DNA of 30,641 nucleotides from Candidatus Velthaea sp. (GCA_050012475.1 JBEKHC010000062.1:1-30641); one strand, 5' to 3'; counted from the stretch's first letter, positions 11,614 to 20,540 are shown. Numbers and translations are program-made. The notes: generated by a model from the letters alone, not told the origin.

Positions 11614-12687
11614 TCAGCTCAGCTGGACATCGAGCACTTCGCCGCGACCCGGCGCCGTGGACGCCGACACCCGATGCGGCGGCGGCGAATGCGCCAACTT
11701 GAGTGGGCCGACTCCCTTGGACAACAGCAACGCAACGGCACCCAGGGCGATGCACACGACGTAAATCAGCAGCACCGCTTGGCGCACGTTGAGACCGAAA
11801 CGAAAAATCAACTGATGATGGAAATGCCCGCGGTCGGCTTCGGTGATTTTCTTGCCGGCGCGAGTGCGGCGCACGATCGTGACCGCCGTGTCGAGGATCG
11901 GCAACGCCAGCACGACGAGCGGAATGATCAGATTGATCGAGATGAGGAATTTCGACACGCCGATGATCGACACGGTCGCGAAGACATAGCCGATGAACAG
12001 CGCGCCGGAATCACCGAGAAAGATCTTCGCCGGATTGAAATTGAACGGCAAGAAGCCCAGCGCTCCGCCGACGAGCGCGGCCAGCACGAGCGCTAATTCG
12101 GGATGGCCGTGCGTCATTTCGATCACCAGCAGCGACATCCCCGAGATCGCGGTCAGCCCGGCGAGCAGCCCATCGAGTCCGTCGATGAAGTTGATCGCGT
12201 TCATCATGCCCAGATACCACAGCAGCGTGAACACCGCGCCCAGCCAATACGGAAAGTGGATGTAGTCGCCGCGATGCAGCGGATTGTCGAAGCCCTTGAT
12301 GTCGAAACCGTACAGCAGCGAGATCGCGGCCACGACGAATTGCGCGACCAGCTTGGTGCGCGGGCGCATGCCCATGATATCGTCCCACAAGCCGACCATC
12401 AGGATCAGCGTGCCGCCGAAGAGCAGTCCCAATACGTCATGGATGCTGTCGAGATCGAGCAGCTTGTGGTTTGCGATGAGGTAACCGACGACACCGAACA
12501 ACGCGAACGAGAAACCTAAGAACACCGCCACGCCGCCGATGCGCGGGGTCGGCAGCGCGTGCATTCGCCGATCGCCCGCCTCGTCGACCATGCCGACATG
12601 CGTCGCCAGACGGGCGACGAGCGGCGTCGCGAATGCTGCAGCTGCCGTCGCGAGGACGAGCGCCACGGCCAGCGTGAACACGCTCAC
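11614..12687 (-). CDS. Undecaprenyl-phosphate alpha-N-acetylglucosaminyl 1-phosphate transferase (MraY/WecA/TagO family)
   Basis: PTPRIGGVA, GLWDD, NAINFIDGLDGL, FNFNPAKIFLGDSGA, DRGHFHH. GTG start at 12687 overlaps the upstream TGA (GTGA). Confidence 0.93.
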   Translation of the reverse strand: MSVFTLAVALVLATAAAAFATPLVARLATHVGMVDEAGDRRMHALPTPRIGGVAVFLGFSFALFGVVGYLIANHKLLDLDSIHDVLGLLFGGTLILMVGLWDDIMGMRPRTKLVAQFVVAAISLLYGFDIKGFDNPLHRGDYIHFPYWLGAVFTLLWYLGMMNAINFIDGLDGLLAGLTAISGMSLLVIEMTHGHPELALVLAALVGGALGFLPFNFNPAKIFLGDSGALFIGYVFATVSIIGVSKFLISINLIIPLVVLALPILDTAVTIVRRTRAGKKITEADRGHFHHQLIFRFGLNVRQAVLLIYVVCIALGAVALLLSKGVGPLKLAHSPPPHRVSASTAPGRGEVLDVQLS

Positions 12688-13175
12688 GCGGGCCAGTCCA
12701 GCGCTTCGGGCGCGCCGAAGGCCTCGATGACCACCCCGGCTTCGGCCAGCAGCTCGCCGGCGACGGCGTCCGGATACGCGTGCTCGTACACGATCCGCGC
12801 GATGCCCGCGCTGATGAACAGCTTGGTGCAGTTCACGCACGGTTGATGCGTGCAGTACGCCGTCGCGTCCGCTAACCCAACGCCGTGCAGCGCGCCTTGC
12901 ACGATCGCGTTCGCCTCCGCGTGCGTCGCCCGCTGGCAGTGATCGTGGACCAAGAGACAACCGACGTCCAGGCAGTGCGCGACTCCGCGCGGTGCGCCGT
13001 TGTACCCCGTGGTGAGGATGCGGCGCTCGCGGGTCAGCACGCAGCCGACGCTCGCCCGCGGACAGGTGGCGCGCGTCGCGACCGTGCGCGCAATCTGCAT
13101 GAAGTACTCGTCCCAGCCGGGACGCTGCCGAGTTCGTGGCGCGGAAGCTTGGCGTGCTTGCTCGTCGTGTTGCAC
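12684..13175 (-). CDS. Deoxycytidylate deaminase (ComEB-like, zinc-binding)
   Basis: RPGWDEYFM, TGYNG, HAEANA and PCVNC zinc motifs. Confidence 0.92.
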   Translation of the reverse strand: MQHDEQARQASAPRTRQRPGWDEYFMQIARTVATRATCPRASVGCVLTRERRILTTGYNGAPRGVAHCLDVGCLLVHDHCQRATHAEANAIVQGALHGVGLADATAYCTHQPCVNCTKLFISAGIARIVYEHAYPDAVAGELLAEAGVVIEAFGAPEALDWPA

Positions 13176-13253
13176 CGAAGTCCGTTCATTCGTCAGGCGC
13201 GCGCCGGCGGCCCCGCTGCAGGCGTCCCCGATACCGAACTGTGCGTCGAGCCC

Positions 13254-13916
13254 TTAGCTTGCGTTCGCGCTCACTGGAACGGAACTGGTCGAACCGAACA
13301 TGCGGTCGCCGGCGTCGCCCAATCCGGGGACGATGTAACCGTGTTCGTTGAGCGACTCGTCGATCGCGCCGGTCACGATGCGCGCCGTCGTGTGCGTGTT
13401 CAATAACGTGGCGATACCCGCCGGCGCTGCGATGATGCACACGAAGGTGATGTTCTGCGCGCCGCGGCGCGCGAGCATGGTCAATGCCGCTGTTCCGGAG
13501 TGTCCGGTGGCCAGCATCGGATCGACGACGAACACATCGCGCTGCGCGAGATCGTCGGGCAAATTGGCATAGTACGGGATCGCGGCGAGCGTTTCGGGAT
13601 CGCGATAGAACCCCAGATGCGCGACCGACGCATCGTCGATGACGTCGAGAAAACCGGGCAGCAGTCCAAGTCCGGCGCGCAGGATCGGCGCGACCACCGG
13701 TCGCGGCGCGATGCGCTGGACGTTTGCAAACGCGACCGGCGTTTCGATTCGCGCGCCATACAGCGCCAAACCGCGTGTCGCTTCGTAGGCCAAAAACAAG
13801 CCGAGTTCTTCGACGAGCGTGCGAAAGACCGGCGTCGGCGTCTGTTTGTCGCGCAAGCGCGCGAGCCGGTCCTGCACGGCAGGATGTGCAACCACGGAAA
13901 CGCGCGGGTCTTGCAT
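13254..13916 (-). CDS. upp: Uracil phosphoribosyltransferase
   Basis: PILRAGLG, VVDPMLATG PRPP-binding motif, GYIVPGLGDAGDR. Confidence 0.97.
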   Translation of the reverse strand: MQDPRVSVVAHPAVQDRLARLRDKQTPTPVFRTLVEELGLFLAYEATRGLALYGARIETPVAFANVQRIAPRPVVAPILRAGLGLLPGFLDVIDDASVAHLGFYRDPETLAAIPYYANLPDDLAQRDVFVVDPMLATGHSGTAALTMLARRGAQNITFVCIIAAPAGIATLLNTHTTARIVTGAIDESLNEHGYIVPGLGDAGDRMFGSTSSVPVSANAS

Positions 13917-13920
13917 GCCG

Positions 13921-14013
13921 CGTTCTTCGCTCGGTCAGCGAACGATCCCCAGCAGGGTTCGGCGCGTTGCGCGGAACCCGTGGCGTTTGGCCCTTCGGGC
14001 CAAGGGTTTGGGG
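13921..14013 (-). other. Multi-hairpin structured intergenic element directly upstream of upp
   Basis: Hairpins at 13987-14003 (TTGGCCC/GGGCCAA), 13955-13979 (GGGTTC../..GAACCC) and 13926-13942 (TTCGCT/AGCGAA); CCCCA/TGGGG (13947-13951/14009-14013) can close the first two. Confidence 0.55.
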
Positions 14014-14631
14014 TTAGGGGCTGACCGTTTCGTCGGGGTTGTTTTTGGCGGTCAGGACGTGGTCGCGCCAGGCGCCCGCGATGTAGAGGTAATCGCGGGC
14101 AAACCCCTCGGGCACGAAGCCCAGCCGGCGCAGCAGCCGCGCGCTGCGCTCGTTCCCGGGCTGATAATTGGCCATGATGCGGTGCAGCCGGAGGGTCTCG
14201 AAACCGTATTGCACCACGGCTCCGACGGCCTCGGTCCCGATCCCGCTGCCCTGCTCGCGCGCGTCGACCGAATAACCGAGATGCGCGGCGCCAAAGACGC
14301 CGCGCACGATGTTGTTGAGATTGACGCTGGCGACCATGCGGTCGGGGTCGGTCTGGCGGAAAGCGATGAAGCGGTGCGCCCAATCCTGGCGCGCTTCGCT
14401 CACGGCGCGGCGCGTCGTCGACTGCCAGTAGCCCAGGGTGAGAAAGTCACTGGGCCAGGCGGGCTCCCAAGGAGCGAGATGCACCGCGTTGCGCTCGTAG
14501 TACGCCAAAATCGCCGCGGCACGCTCGGGAGCGATCGGCACGACGAGGAGCCGCGCGGTTCGCAGCACGCCCGCTGTCAAAGGCCCGGGCCGGACGCCGT
14601 CCGTCCCGGGCAAATCGGGCTGGTGGCTCAC
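14014..14631 (-). CDS. RimJ/RimL-family GNAT N-acetyltransferase
   Basis: HLAPWEP, NIVRGVF, LGYSVD, QGSGIGTEA, LHRIMANYQPGNERS, IAGAWRDH are RimJ-like. Confidence 0.9.
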   Translation of the reverse strand: MSHQPDLPGTDGVRPGPLTAGVLRTARLLVVPIAPERAAAILAYYERNAVHLAPWEPAWPSDFLTLGYWQSTTRRAVSEARQDWAHRFIAFRQTDPDRMVASVNLNNIVRGVFGAAHLGYSVDAREQGSGIGTEAVGAVVQYGFETLRLHRIMANYQPGNERSARLLRRLGFVPEGFARDYLYIAGAWRDHVLTAKNNPDETVSP

Positions 14632-14646
14632 GCCGCCACGCTCCGG

Positions 14647-15894
14647 CTACGGAACGTCGAAACGTGCGGTCAGTTCGCTGACGCGCCCGCGCAAGTACTC
14701 GATCCGGGTGCGCGACCCGATATCGTCGAGCGCTTCACCGATGATCGTTCCCACTTCACGCGCGTCGGCCACCTCGAAGCCGCGCGAGGTGATCGCCGGT
14801 GAGCCGATCCGAATCCCGCTGGTCACCATCGGTTTTTGCGGATCGAACGGGATCGCGTTCTTGTTCACCGTGATGTGGATCTCGTCCAGATATTGTTCGA
14901 CCGCTTTGCCGGTGAGATTCTTCGGCGTCAGATCGACGAGCAGTAAGTGCGTATCGGTGCCGCCGCCCACCAGCCGCGCGCCCGAACGCTGTAACTCTTC
15001 GCCCATCGCTCGCGCGTTGTCGAGCACCGCTTGCCCGTAAACGGCGAACGAGGGCGCTAACGCCTCGCCGAAGGCGACCGCCTTGGCCGCGATCGTGTGC
15101 ATGAACGGGCCGCCCTGGATTCCGGGGAACACGCTCTTGTCGACGGCTTGGGCATACGCACCCGTGGACAGGATCAATCCGCCGCGCGGACCGCGCAGCG
15201 TCTTGTGCGTGGTCGACGTGACGAAATCCGCGAACGGCACCGGCGATGGATGGAGACCGACCGCGATGAGCCCGGCGATGTGCGCCATGTCGACCATGAA
15301 CGCGGCGCCGATCTCTTTGGCGATCTCCGCGAACGGCGCGTAGTCCATCGTCCGCGGATACGCGCTGGCGCCGGCGATGATGAGTTTGGGGCGATGCTCG
15401 CGCGCGACGGCGCGAACTTCGTCGTAGTCGATCAGTTCGGTGTCTTTGCGGACGCCGTAGGCGACCGCGTTGTAGAGCTTGCCGCTGAAGCTGACTTTCG
15501 TTCCGTGCGTGAGGTGGCCGCCGTGAGCGAGCGACATGCCGAGGACCGTGTCGCCCGGGCGTAGCACGGCCATCATCACCGCCATGTTCGCCTGCGCCCC
15601 GGCGTGCGGCTGGACGTTGGCGTGATCGGCGCCGAAGAGCTTCTTGAGCCGCTCGATGGCCAAGGTCTCGGCGACGTCGACGTACTCGCAGCCCCCGTAG
15701 TACCGCCGCCCGGGATAGCCCTCGGCGTACTTGTTGGTCATCGCCGACGCCATCGCTTCGCGCACGGCTCGGCTGGCGTAGTTCTCCGAAGCGATGAGTT
15801 CGAGATTTTCGCGCTGCCGGCGTTCTTCGTTGGCGATGGCGGCATGCAGCTCAGGATCCTGGGCGGCTAGCGTGGATGGTTCGAGCAACTGCAT
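14647..15894 (-). CDS. glyA: Serine hydroxymethyltransferase
   Basis: [48 protein letters not shown] (PLP lysine). Confidence 0.98.
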   Translation of the reverse strand: MQLLEPSTLAAQDPELHAAIANEERRQRENLELIASENYASRAVREAMASAMTNKYAEGYPGRRYYGGCEYVDVAETLAIERLKKLFGADHANVQPHAGAQANMAVMMAVLRPGDTVLGMSLAHGGHLTHGTKVSFSGKLYNAVAYGVRKDTELIDYDEVRAVAREHRPKLIIAGASAYPRTMDYAPFAEIAKEIGAAFMVDMAHIAGLIAVGLHPSPVPFADFVTSTTHKTLRGPRGGLILSTGAYAQAVDKSVFPGIQGGPFMHTIAAKAVAFGEALAPSFAVYGQAVLDNARAMGEELQRSGARLVGGGTDTHLLLVDLTPKNLTGKAVEQYLDEIHITVNKNAIPFDPQKPMVTSGIRIGSPAITSRGFEVADAREVGTIIGEALDDIGSRTRIEYLRGRVSELTARFDVP

Positions 15895-15898
15895 GTTG

Positions 15899-16183
15899 TT
15901 AGGAATTCCCCTCGTCCCGGGTTGACGTGCGACGCATGATGGTTTGCGCCGAAAAATCGGGCTTCGACGGCGTCGCGGGCGATGACTTCATGAACCGCAG
16001 GACCTGCACGAACACCAGCAAACCGACCGTCGCGGCAAGCGCGGCCCAAAACCAGGGGCTCACCCAGCGCGGCTGGGTGTGATCGAAGGCGTACTCGGCA
16101 AGGGCGATGCCGACGGCCACGAGCGGCACGAGGCCGGCCAAGGCTTGGCGGTCGGTGGCTGACAGCGATGAGGTCCGCGGCAC
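15899..16183 (-). CDS. Small hypothetical membrane protein (2 TM), upstream of glyA
   Basis: Two clear hydrophobic stretches ([34 protein letters not shown]); stop is 4 nt before the glyA start. Start uncertain (GTG 16183). Confidence 0.55.
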   Translation of the reverse strand: MPRTSSLSATDRQALAGLVPLVAVGIALAEYAFDHTQPRWVSPWFWAALAATVGLLVFVQVLRFMKSSPATPSKPDFSAQTIMRRTSTRDEGNS

Positions 16184-16208
16184 GAGTATCAAGAAACCGC
16201 GACCCGAG

Positions 16209-16925
16209 ATGAAGGTGGCAATCGCGAGCACATCGTTCGATGGTCCGCTCGCAGCGGGTGACGCGACCCAGCTCGAGTGGCTCGAAGGCTGCGCTTCGGC
16301 GCTGGGCGCCGACGGGATCGTTTTCGAACGCGGACACTTCCCGCGCACGGATGCCGACTACGTCGCCCAGCTGCGGAAGGTGGCGGTCGACCTCGGCCTC
16401 GTCCCGCTGGCCGTCCGCGAGCCGCGGCTGCTGGACCCGCAGATCGGCTCCGACGAGCGGCGGGCAGTGTTCGAGTTGGCGGCCGGCCTGGGGGCGATCT
16501 TCGTGCTGACGGTCCTGCCGGCTCCCGGCGACGTCCCGCCGGCCGCGTTCGTGGCGGCCGTGAGCGCAGCCAAAGCCGGCATCAAAACCGCCAAAGCTGT
16601 CAACGTCACCCTCCTGGCCGGGGTCGCGGCGGGAACGCTCGCCCCCGACGTGCCGGCGCTGCGGCATTTCATCAAGGACGTCGACAGCGCGTGGCTGCGC
16701 TTTGCGCTGCCCGCCGGAACCGACCGCAGCAGCCTGGGGACGCGCGACCGGGTGCTGCTGGTAACCATCGACCTCGCCGCCGACCTCGACGCGGTCGCCG
16801 AAATCGACGAGGCGGCCCGCCCCTGGCTCTTGCTCGAGGGGGAAGTCTCTGCAGCCCGCATCGCCGACGTGCGCTGCGCGGCGGCGCAGCGGCTCCTGAG
16901 CCGGCCGGCGATCGTTTCGACGTAA
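16209..16925 (+). CDS. Sugar phosphate isomerase/epimerase (AP endonuclease 2 TIM-barrel) family protein, degenerate
   Basis: MKVAIASTSF, LGADGIVF, HFPRTDADYVAQLRKVAVDLGL and AAGLGA follow the xylose-isomerase-like barrel pattern. ATG 16209 chosen. Confidence 0.65.
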   Translation: MKVAIASTSFDGPLAAGDATQLEWLEGCASALGADGIVFERGHFPRTDADYVAQLRKVAVDLGLVPLAVREPRLLDPQIGSDERRAVFELAAGLGAIFVLTVLPAPGDVPPAAFVAAVSAAKAGIKTAKAVNVTLLAGVAAGTLAPDVPALRHFIKDVDSAWLRFALPAGTDRSSLGTRDRVLLVTIDLAADLDAVAEIDEAARPWLLLEGEVSAARIADVRCAAAQRLLSRPAIVST

Positions 16926-16930
16926 AGCGG

Positions 16931-17131
16931 GAGGAGCGACGCGGACCGCACGTGCCGTCTGCAAACGAGGTGAGAACCTGCGATCTCGCAGGTGGGTGCG
17001 GCCCGGGCGCTTAGAGCTCGGAGAATGCTCTCTGAACTACCAATCGTATCCGGAGCTTGTGCTCCCTAGGTGTTCACGTTGGTCCAACACCGTCGTAAGT
17101 GCGCGAACATGCGCAGTCGTTGTCGCCCCCT
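16931..17131 (-). ncRNA. ssrS: 6S RNA
   Basis: About 200 nt, with ends pairing (GGGGCGAC/GUCGCUCC; GACUGCGCAUGUUCG/CGGCACGUGCGGUC). Contains GACC..GAACA..GGGAGC in the 5' half and CACCCACCUG..CAGGUUC..ACGGCAC in the 3' half, as I recall from Bacillota-type 6S RNAs. Not confirmed by covariance model. Confidence 0.82.
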
Positions 17132-17145
17132 AAGTATTACACTAG

Positions 17146-17183
17146 CCGTCAAGACTTGACAGATCCGTCAAGACTTGACAGAT
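17146..17183. repeat. Exact tandem duplication 2 x 19 bp (CCGTCAAGACTTGACAGAT), each containing palindrome GTCAAG-A-CTTGAC
   Basis: Units at 17146-17164 and 17165-17183, 15-52 nt upstream of the predicted 6S RNA 5' end. Confidence 0.93.
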
Positions 17184-17306
17184 GCTGTAAAAGCACGTAG
17201 GCGATTCGGGTCGGGGCGCGCGCGACACCGGAAACACAACGACCTTTCGCATAGCGGACCGCGCTTTTCGCGCATTGCTAATTTTTTTGCCGCGAAAGGT
17301 AGGCGA

Positions 17307-18761
17307 TCACGCTCCGCGCTTGAGCGCCTCGCCGTACACCGCGAGCGCACGCCCTCGCGCCTGCGCGTGATCGACGATTGGCGCGGGATAGTCGCGGCCC
17401 AGTACGACGCCCGCCGCGCGAGCGACCAGCGGCGGCATCGCCCACGGCTCGTGCACGAACTTCTCCGGCACGCCGGCAAGTGCCGGAATCAGCGAACGTA
17501 CGAACGTGCCCTGCGGGTCGAACGTCTTCCCTTGCAAGATCGGATTGAAAACGCGGAAGTACGGCGCGGCATCGGTTCCCGTCGACGCCGACCACTGCCA
17601 GCCGCCGTTGTTTGCCGCCAGGTCGGCATCGGCGAGATGCTGCTCGAAATATCGCTCGCCGGCGTGATAGTCGATGAGCAGATGTTTGGTCAAGAACGAC
17701 GCTACGATCATCCGCAGCCGGTTGTGCATCCAGCCGGTCGTATTGAGTTGAATCATCGCGGCATCGACGATCGGGTAGCCGGTCGCGCCCTCGCACCAGG
17801 CGGCGTACGCGGTTTCGTCGCGCAGGTAGGGGATCGACTTTCCCGCCTCGACGAACGGTTCGTGCGCGATGCGCGGAAAGTGCATCAGCAAGGATTGATA
17901 AAAGTCGCGCCAGACCAGCTCGCCGATCCAACCCTCGACGTTTGCTGCGGCATGTGCCGCAGCGTGCGCATGCGCTTGGCGGGCCCGAGCGAGGCAGGTG
18001 CGGATGCCGATCGTACCGGCGCGAAGGTGCGGCGACAGCCCGGAAGTTCCGGCGACTGCGGGCAGGTTGCGGCGGTCGAGATACGCGTCGATGCCGCCGG
18101 CGATGAACGCATCGAGCAGCCGGCGCGCTTCGATGAAACCGCCGGCCGGGAAGCGCCGAGACGAAACGTGACCGTACTCCTCGGGCGCGGGGATCGCGCG
18201 CGACGTCCCGATCGTGGCAACCGCGGCGAACTTTCCGCCCGCGGCGCGCTGCGATGCGAACGGCGCGCGCGGATGGCCGGCGAACGCCGCTTCCCAGCGC
18301 CGGCGGTAGGGGCCGTACATCACGTAGGGCTTGCCGGTTTGCTGGACGATTTCGTCAGCCGCAGCATAGACGTGATCGACGGATGCGTGAACGTCGAGTC
18401 CGCCGCGGCGCAGTTCGGCGGCGACGCGTTCGTCGCGCGCGCGCATCTCGGGGTCGTAATCGACATTGTAGAAAACCGCTTGCGCGCCGGTGTGCCGCGC
18501 CAGGCGTATCAACTGCCCGGCAAAATCGCCCTCGAGCAAAGCGAGATCCGAACCGTCCGCGCGCAGCGCTTCGCGCAGCACACGCAGCGAATCGAAGAAA
18601 AATTGTACGATCGGCGCACCGACGCGCGGACCGCGCAGCAGTTCGGGGTCGAGAACGAATGCGGCAACGAGCTGCTCGCTACGCTGCGCGGCGGCAAAGA
18701 GCGCCGCATGATCCGTCAGGCGCAGGTCGCGACGCAGCCACACGATCGAACGGGAATACAT
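17307..18761 (-). CDS. phrB: Deoxyribodipyrimidine photolyase (class I/III CPD photolyase family)
   Basis: WLRRDLRLTDH, TSGLSPHL, ELVWRDFY, TGYPIVDAAM, GWMHNRLRMIVASFL, NNGGWQW, PYFRVFNP. Alternative start 18788. Confidence 0.95.
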   Translation of the reverse strand: MYSRSIVWLRRDLRLTDHAALFAAAQRSEQLVAAFVLDPELLRGPRVGAPIVQFFFDSLRVLREALRADGSDLALLEGDFAGQLIRLARHTGAQAVFYNVDYDPEMRARDERVAAELRRGGLDVHASVDHVYAAADEIVQQTGKPYVMYGPYRRRWEAAFAGHPRAPFASQRAAGGKFAAVATIGTSRAIPAPEEYGHVSSRRFPAGGFIEARRLLDAFIAGGIDAYLDRRNLPAVAGTSGLSPHLRAGTIGIRTCLARARQAHAHAAAHAAANVEGWIGELVWRDFYQSLLMHFPRIAHEPFVEAGKSIPYLRDETAYAAWCEGATGYPIVDAAMIQLNTTGWMHNRLRMIVASFLTKHLLIDYHAGERYFEQHLADADLAANNGGWQWSASTGTDAAPYFRVFNPILQGKTFDPQGTFVRSLIPALAGVPEKFVHEPWAMPPLVARAAGVVLGRDYPAPIVDHAQARGRALAVYGEALKRGA

Positions 18762-18768
18762 GCGATCG

Positions 18769-19266
18769 TTAGACGCCGCCCGGCTCATCGTTCTCCCGCC
18801 GTTCGCCCAGCGTGACGGTGTAACGGACGAAATCGTCGCGGCGCGCAAAGCGATCGTACAGCCGCCGGGCGACGGCGTTCGTTTCCTGCGTCGACCAGTA
18901 CACGCGCGGCCAGCCGTTTTCGCGGCCGAGCGCAAGCAGCCGCTCGATCAACGCGCGGCCGGCCCCCAGGCCGCGCGCGTGGGGACGAACGAAGAGATCC
19001 TCGAGATAGCAGCACGGCTGCTCGCCCCACGTGAACGGATGAACGACGTAATGGGCGAAGCCGATCGCGGCCGCAGCGGGCGAAGCGTCGACCGCGAGGA
19101 GCGCTCCGATCGGCGAATCGGCGGCGCAGATCCGCTGCCACGTGCACGCCGTAACGCGGTCGGGAACGCGGGCGCCGTAGAATGCGCAGTACGCGTTCCA
19201 CATCTCGAGCCAAGCGTCGTGGTCGGCCGGCGAAACCGCGCGAATCGTACCATTCGAAAAAGGCAT
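18769..19266 (-). CDS. GNAT family N-acetyltransferase
   Basis: CYLEDLFVRPHARGLGAGRALI acetyl-CoA motif, VYWSTQETNAVARRLYD. Confidence 0.9.
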   Translation of the reverse strand: MPFSNGTIRAVSPADHDAWLEMWNAYCAFYGARVPDRVTACTWQRICAADSPIGALLAVDASPAAAAIGFAHYVVHPFTWGEQPCCYLEDLFVRPHARGLGAGRALIERLLALGRENGWPRVYWSTQETNAVARRLYDRFARRDDFVRYTVTLGERRENDEPGGV

Positions 19267-19370
19267 CCGGCGGTATTTCACGTACCCGCGGCCGCTTCCG
19301 GCGCGCGAACGCCGGCGCGGCTTGGGCGAGCCGTGCAAGACGCGTCGATGTTTCGCCGAACGCCGACCCG

Positions 19371-20390
19371 ATGGCGCCGATCGAACTCACCACCGAGCCG
19401 CTCGAACTTCCCCTGGTGCATGAATTCACCATCGCGCGGGGCTCCGAACGCGTCGCGCGCGGCGTTCTGGTCCGCTTGACGTGGCACGGCTTGAGCGCAA
19501 TGGGCGAAAGCTCGCCGATCGCGCGTTACGCCGAGTCGGTCGACAGCGTTCGCGCCGCGCTTGCCGCGCACGCGTTGCGCGCTGACCCCTATGCGCTCGA
19601 TGCGCAGCTCGCCGGTCTTCCGCCGGCGGCCCGCTGCGGACTCGACATCGCGCTGCACGACCTCATCGGCAAAGATCTCAACGTTCCGCTGCATCGACTC
19701 TTCGGACTCGAGTCCGCGGCGACGCCGACGACGTCGTTCACGCTGGGAATCGCTCCGCTGGCCGACACGCTCGCGAAAGTACGCGCCGTCGGCGCCCATC
19801 CCATTTTGAAGATCAAACTCGGCCGCGGCAACGAGATCGAAACGATCGCCGCCGTTCGCGATGCGTATACCGGAACGATTCGCATCGACGCCAACGAGGG
19901 CTGGACGCCCGAGCGCAGCGTCGAGCTGCTCAACGAACTCGCGCGTTTCGACATCGAATTCTGCGAACAGCCCATCCCCGCGGGGACGCCCGAACGGCTG
20001 CGCTGGATTCGCGAACGTTCGCCGATCCCGATCGTCACCGATGAAGACTCGCGCGACGCAAGCGATCTGCCGGCGCTCATCGGCTGCGTCGACGGCGTCA
20101 ACGTCAAACTCGTCAAATGCGGCGGGATGCGCGGTGCGCTGGCCATGATTCACACGGCCCGCGCGCTGGGCTTCAAGATCATGCTCGGGTGTATGGTCGA
20201 ATCGCAAATCCTTACCACGGCGGCAGCGCATCTTTCACCACTCGTCGATTGGGCCGACCTCGACGGGCCTTTTCTCACCGCGGACGATCCGTTCGATGGC
20301 ATCAGCTATGCCGGCGGCAAGATCGTGCTGCCGACCGGCCCCGGGCTGGGCGTGCGCGCGAAACTGCGGGCGTCGACGTCGCCCGCCTAG
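19371..20390 (+). CDS. Dipeptide epimerase (L-Ala-D/L-Glu epimerase/DgcA-like, enolase superfamily)
   Basis: FTIARG, KIKLG, RIDANEGW, EQP, DE, NVKLVKCGG, GCMVES, DLDG. Confidence 0.92.
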   Translation: MAPIELTTEPLELPLVHEFTIARGSERVARGVLVRLTWHGLSAMGESSPIARYAESVDSVRAALAAHALRADPYALDAQLAGLPPAARCGLDIALHDLIGKDLNVPLHRLFGLESAATPTTSFTLGIAPLADTLAKVRAVGAHPILKIKLGRGNEIETIAAVRDAYTGTIRIDANEGWTPERSVELLNELARFDIEFCEQPIPAGTPERLRWIRERSPIPIVTDEDSRDASDLPALIGCVDGVNVKLVKCGGMRGALAMIHTARALGFKIMLGCMVESQILTTAAAHLSPLVDWADLDGPFLTADDPFDGISYAGGKIVLPTGPGLGVRAKLRASTSPA

Positions 20391-20540
20391 GACTTTGTCC
20401 GACTGGTCGGACAAACGACGACAGGATGGGTGCCCTCGGCTTCGCTCGGTACACCCTCCGGCTTGGGGGGTTCGTCGAGCGAAACCGAGCCGAACCCAGA
20501 AGCCCAAACGCGAAGGATTGCGCGTAGCGCAATCCACTAG
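20387..20540 (+). other. Four-hairpin intergenic element flanked by CTAG direct repeats
   Basis: CTAG at 20387-20390 and 20537-20540; perfect hairpins 20394-20415 (10 bp) and 20515-20535 (9 bp); imperfect hairpins 20424-20459 and 20460-20504. Confidence 0.6.

Noticed and set aside
12688..12960. N-terminal extension of the tagO/wecA ORF
   Set aside because: Overlaps the deaminase gene in another frame; GTG at 12687 gives a normal-length protein with a GTGA overlap.
13928..13979. ykkC-type (PRPP/ppGpp/guanidine-I) riboswitch upstream of upp
   Set aside because: GGGUUCCG...GACCGAGCG resembles the 5' half as I recall it, but there is no room or sequence for the 3' stem with the AAAAG tail before the start codon. 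An Rfam scan would settle it.
17262..17297. Terminator after phrB
   Set aside because: Only a weak TTTCGCG/CGCGAAA stem with a long loop and no U-tail on the minus strand.
17175..18815. 546-aa plus-strand ORF
   Set aside because: Antisense shadow of the photolyase with no recognisable motifs.
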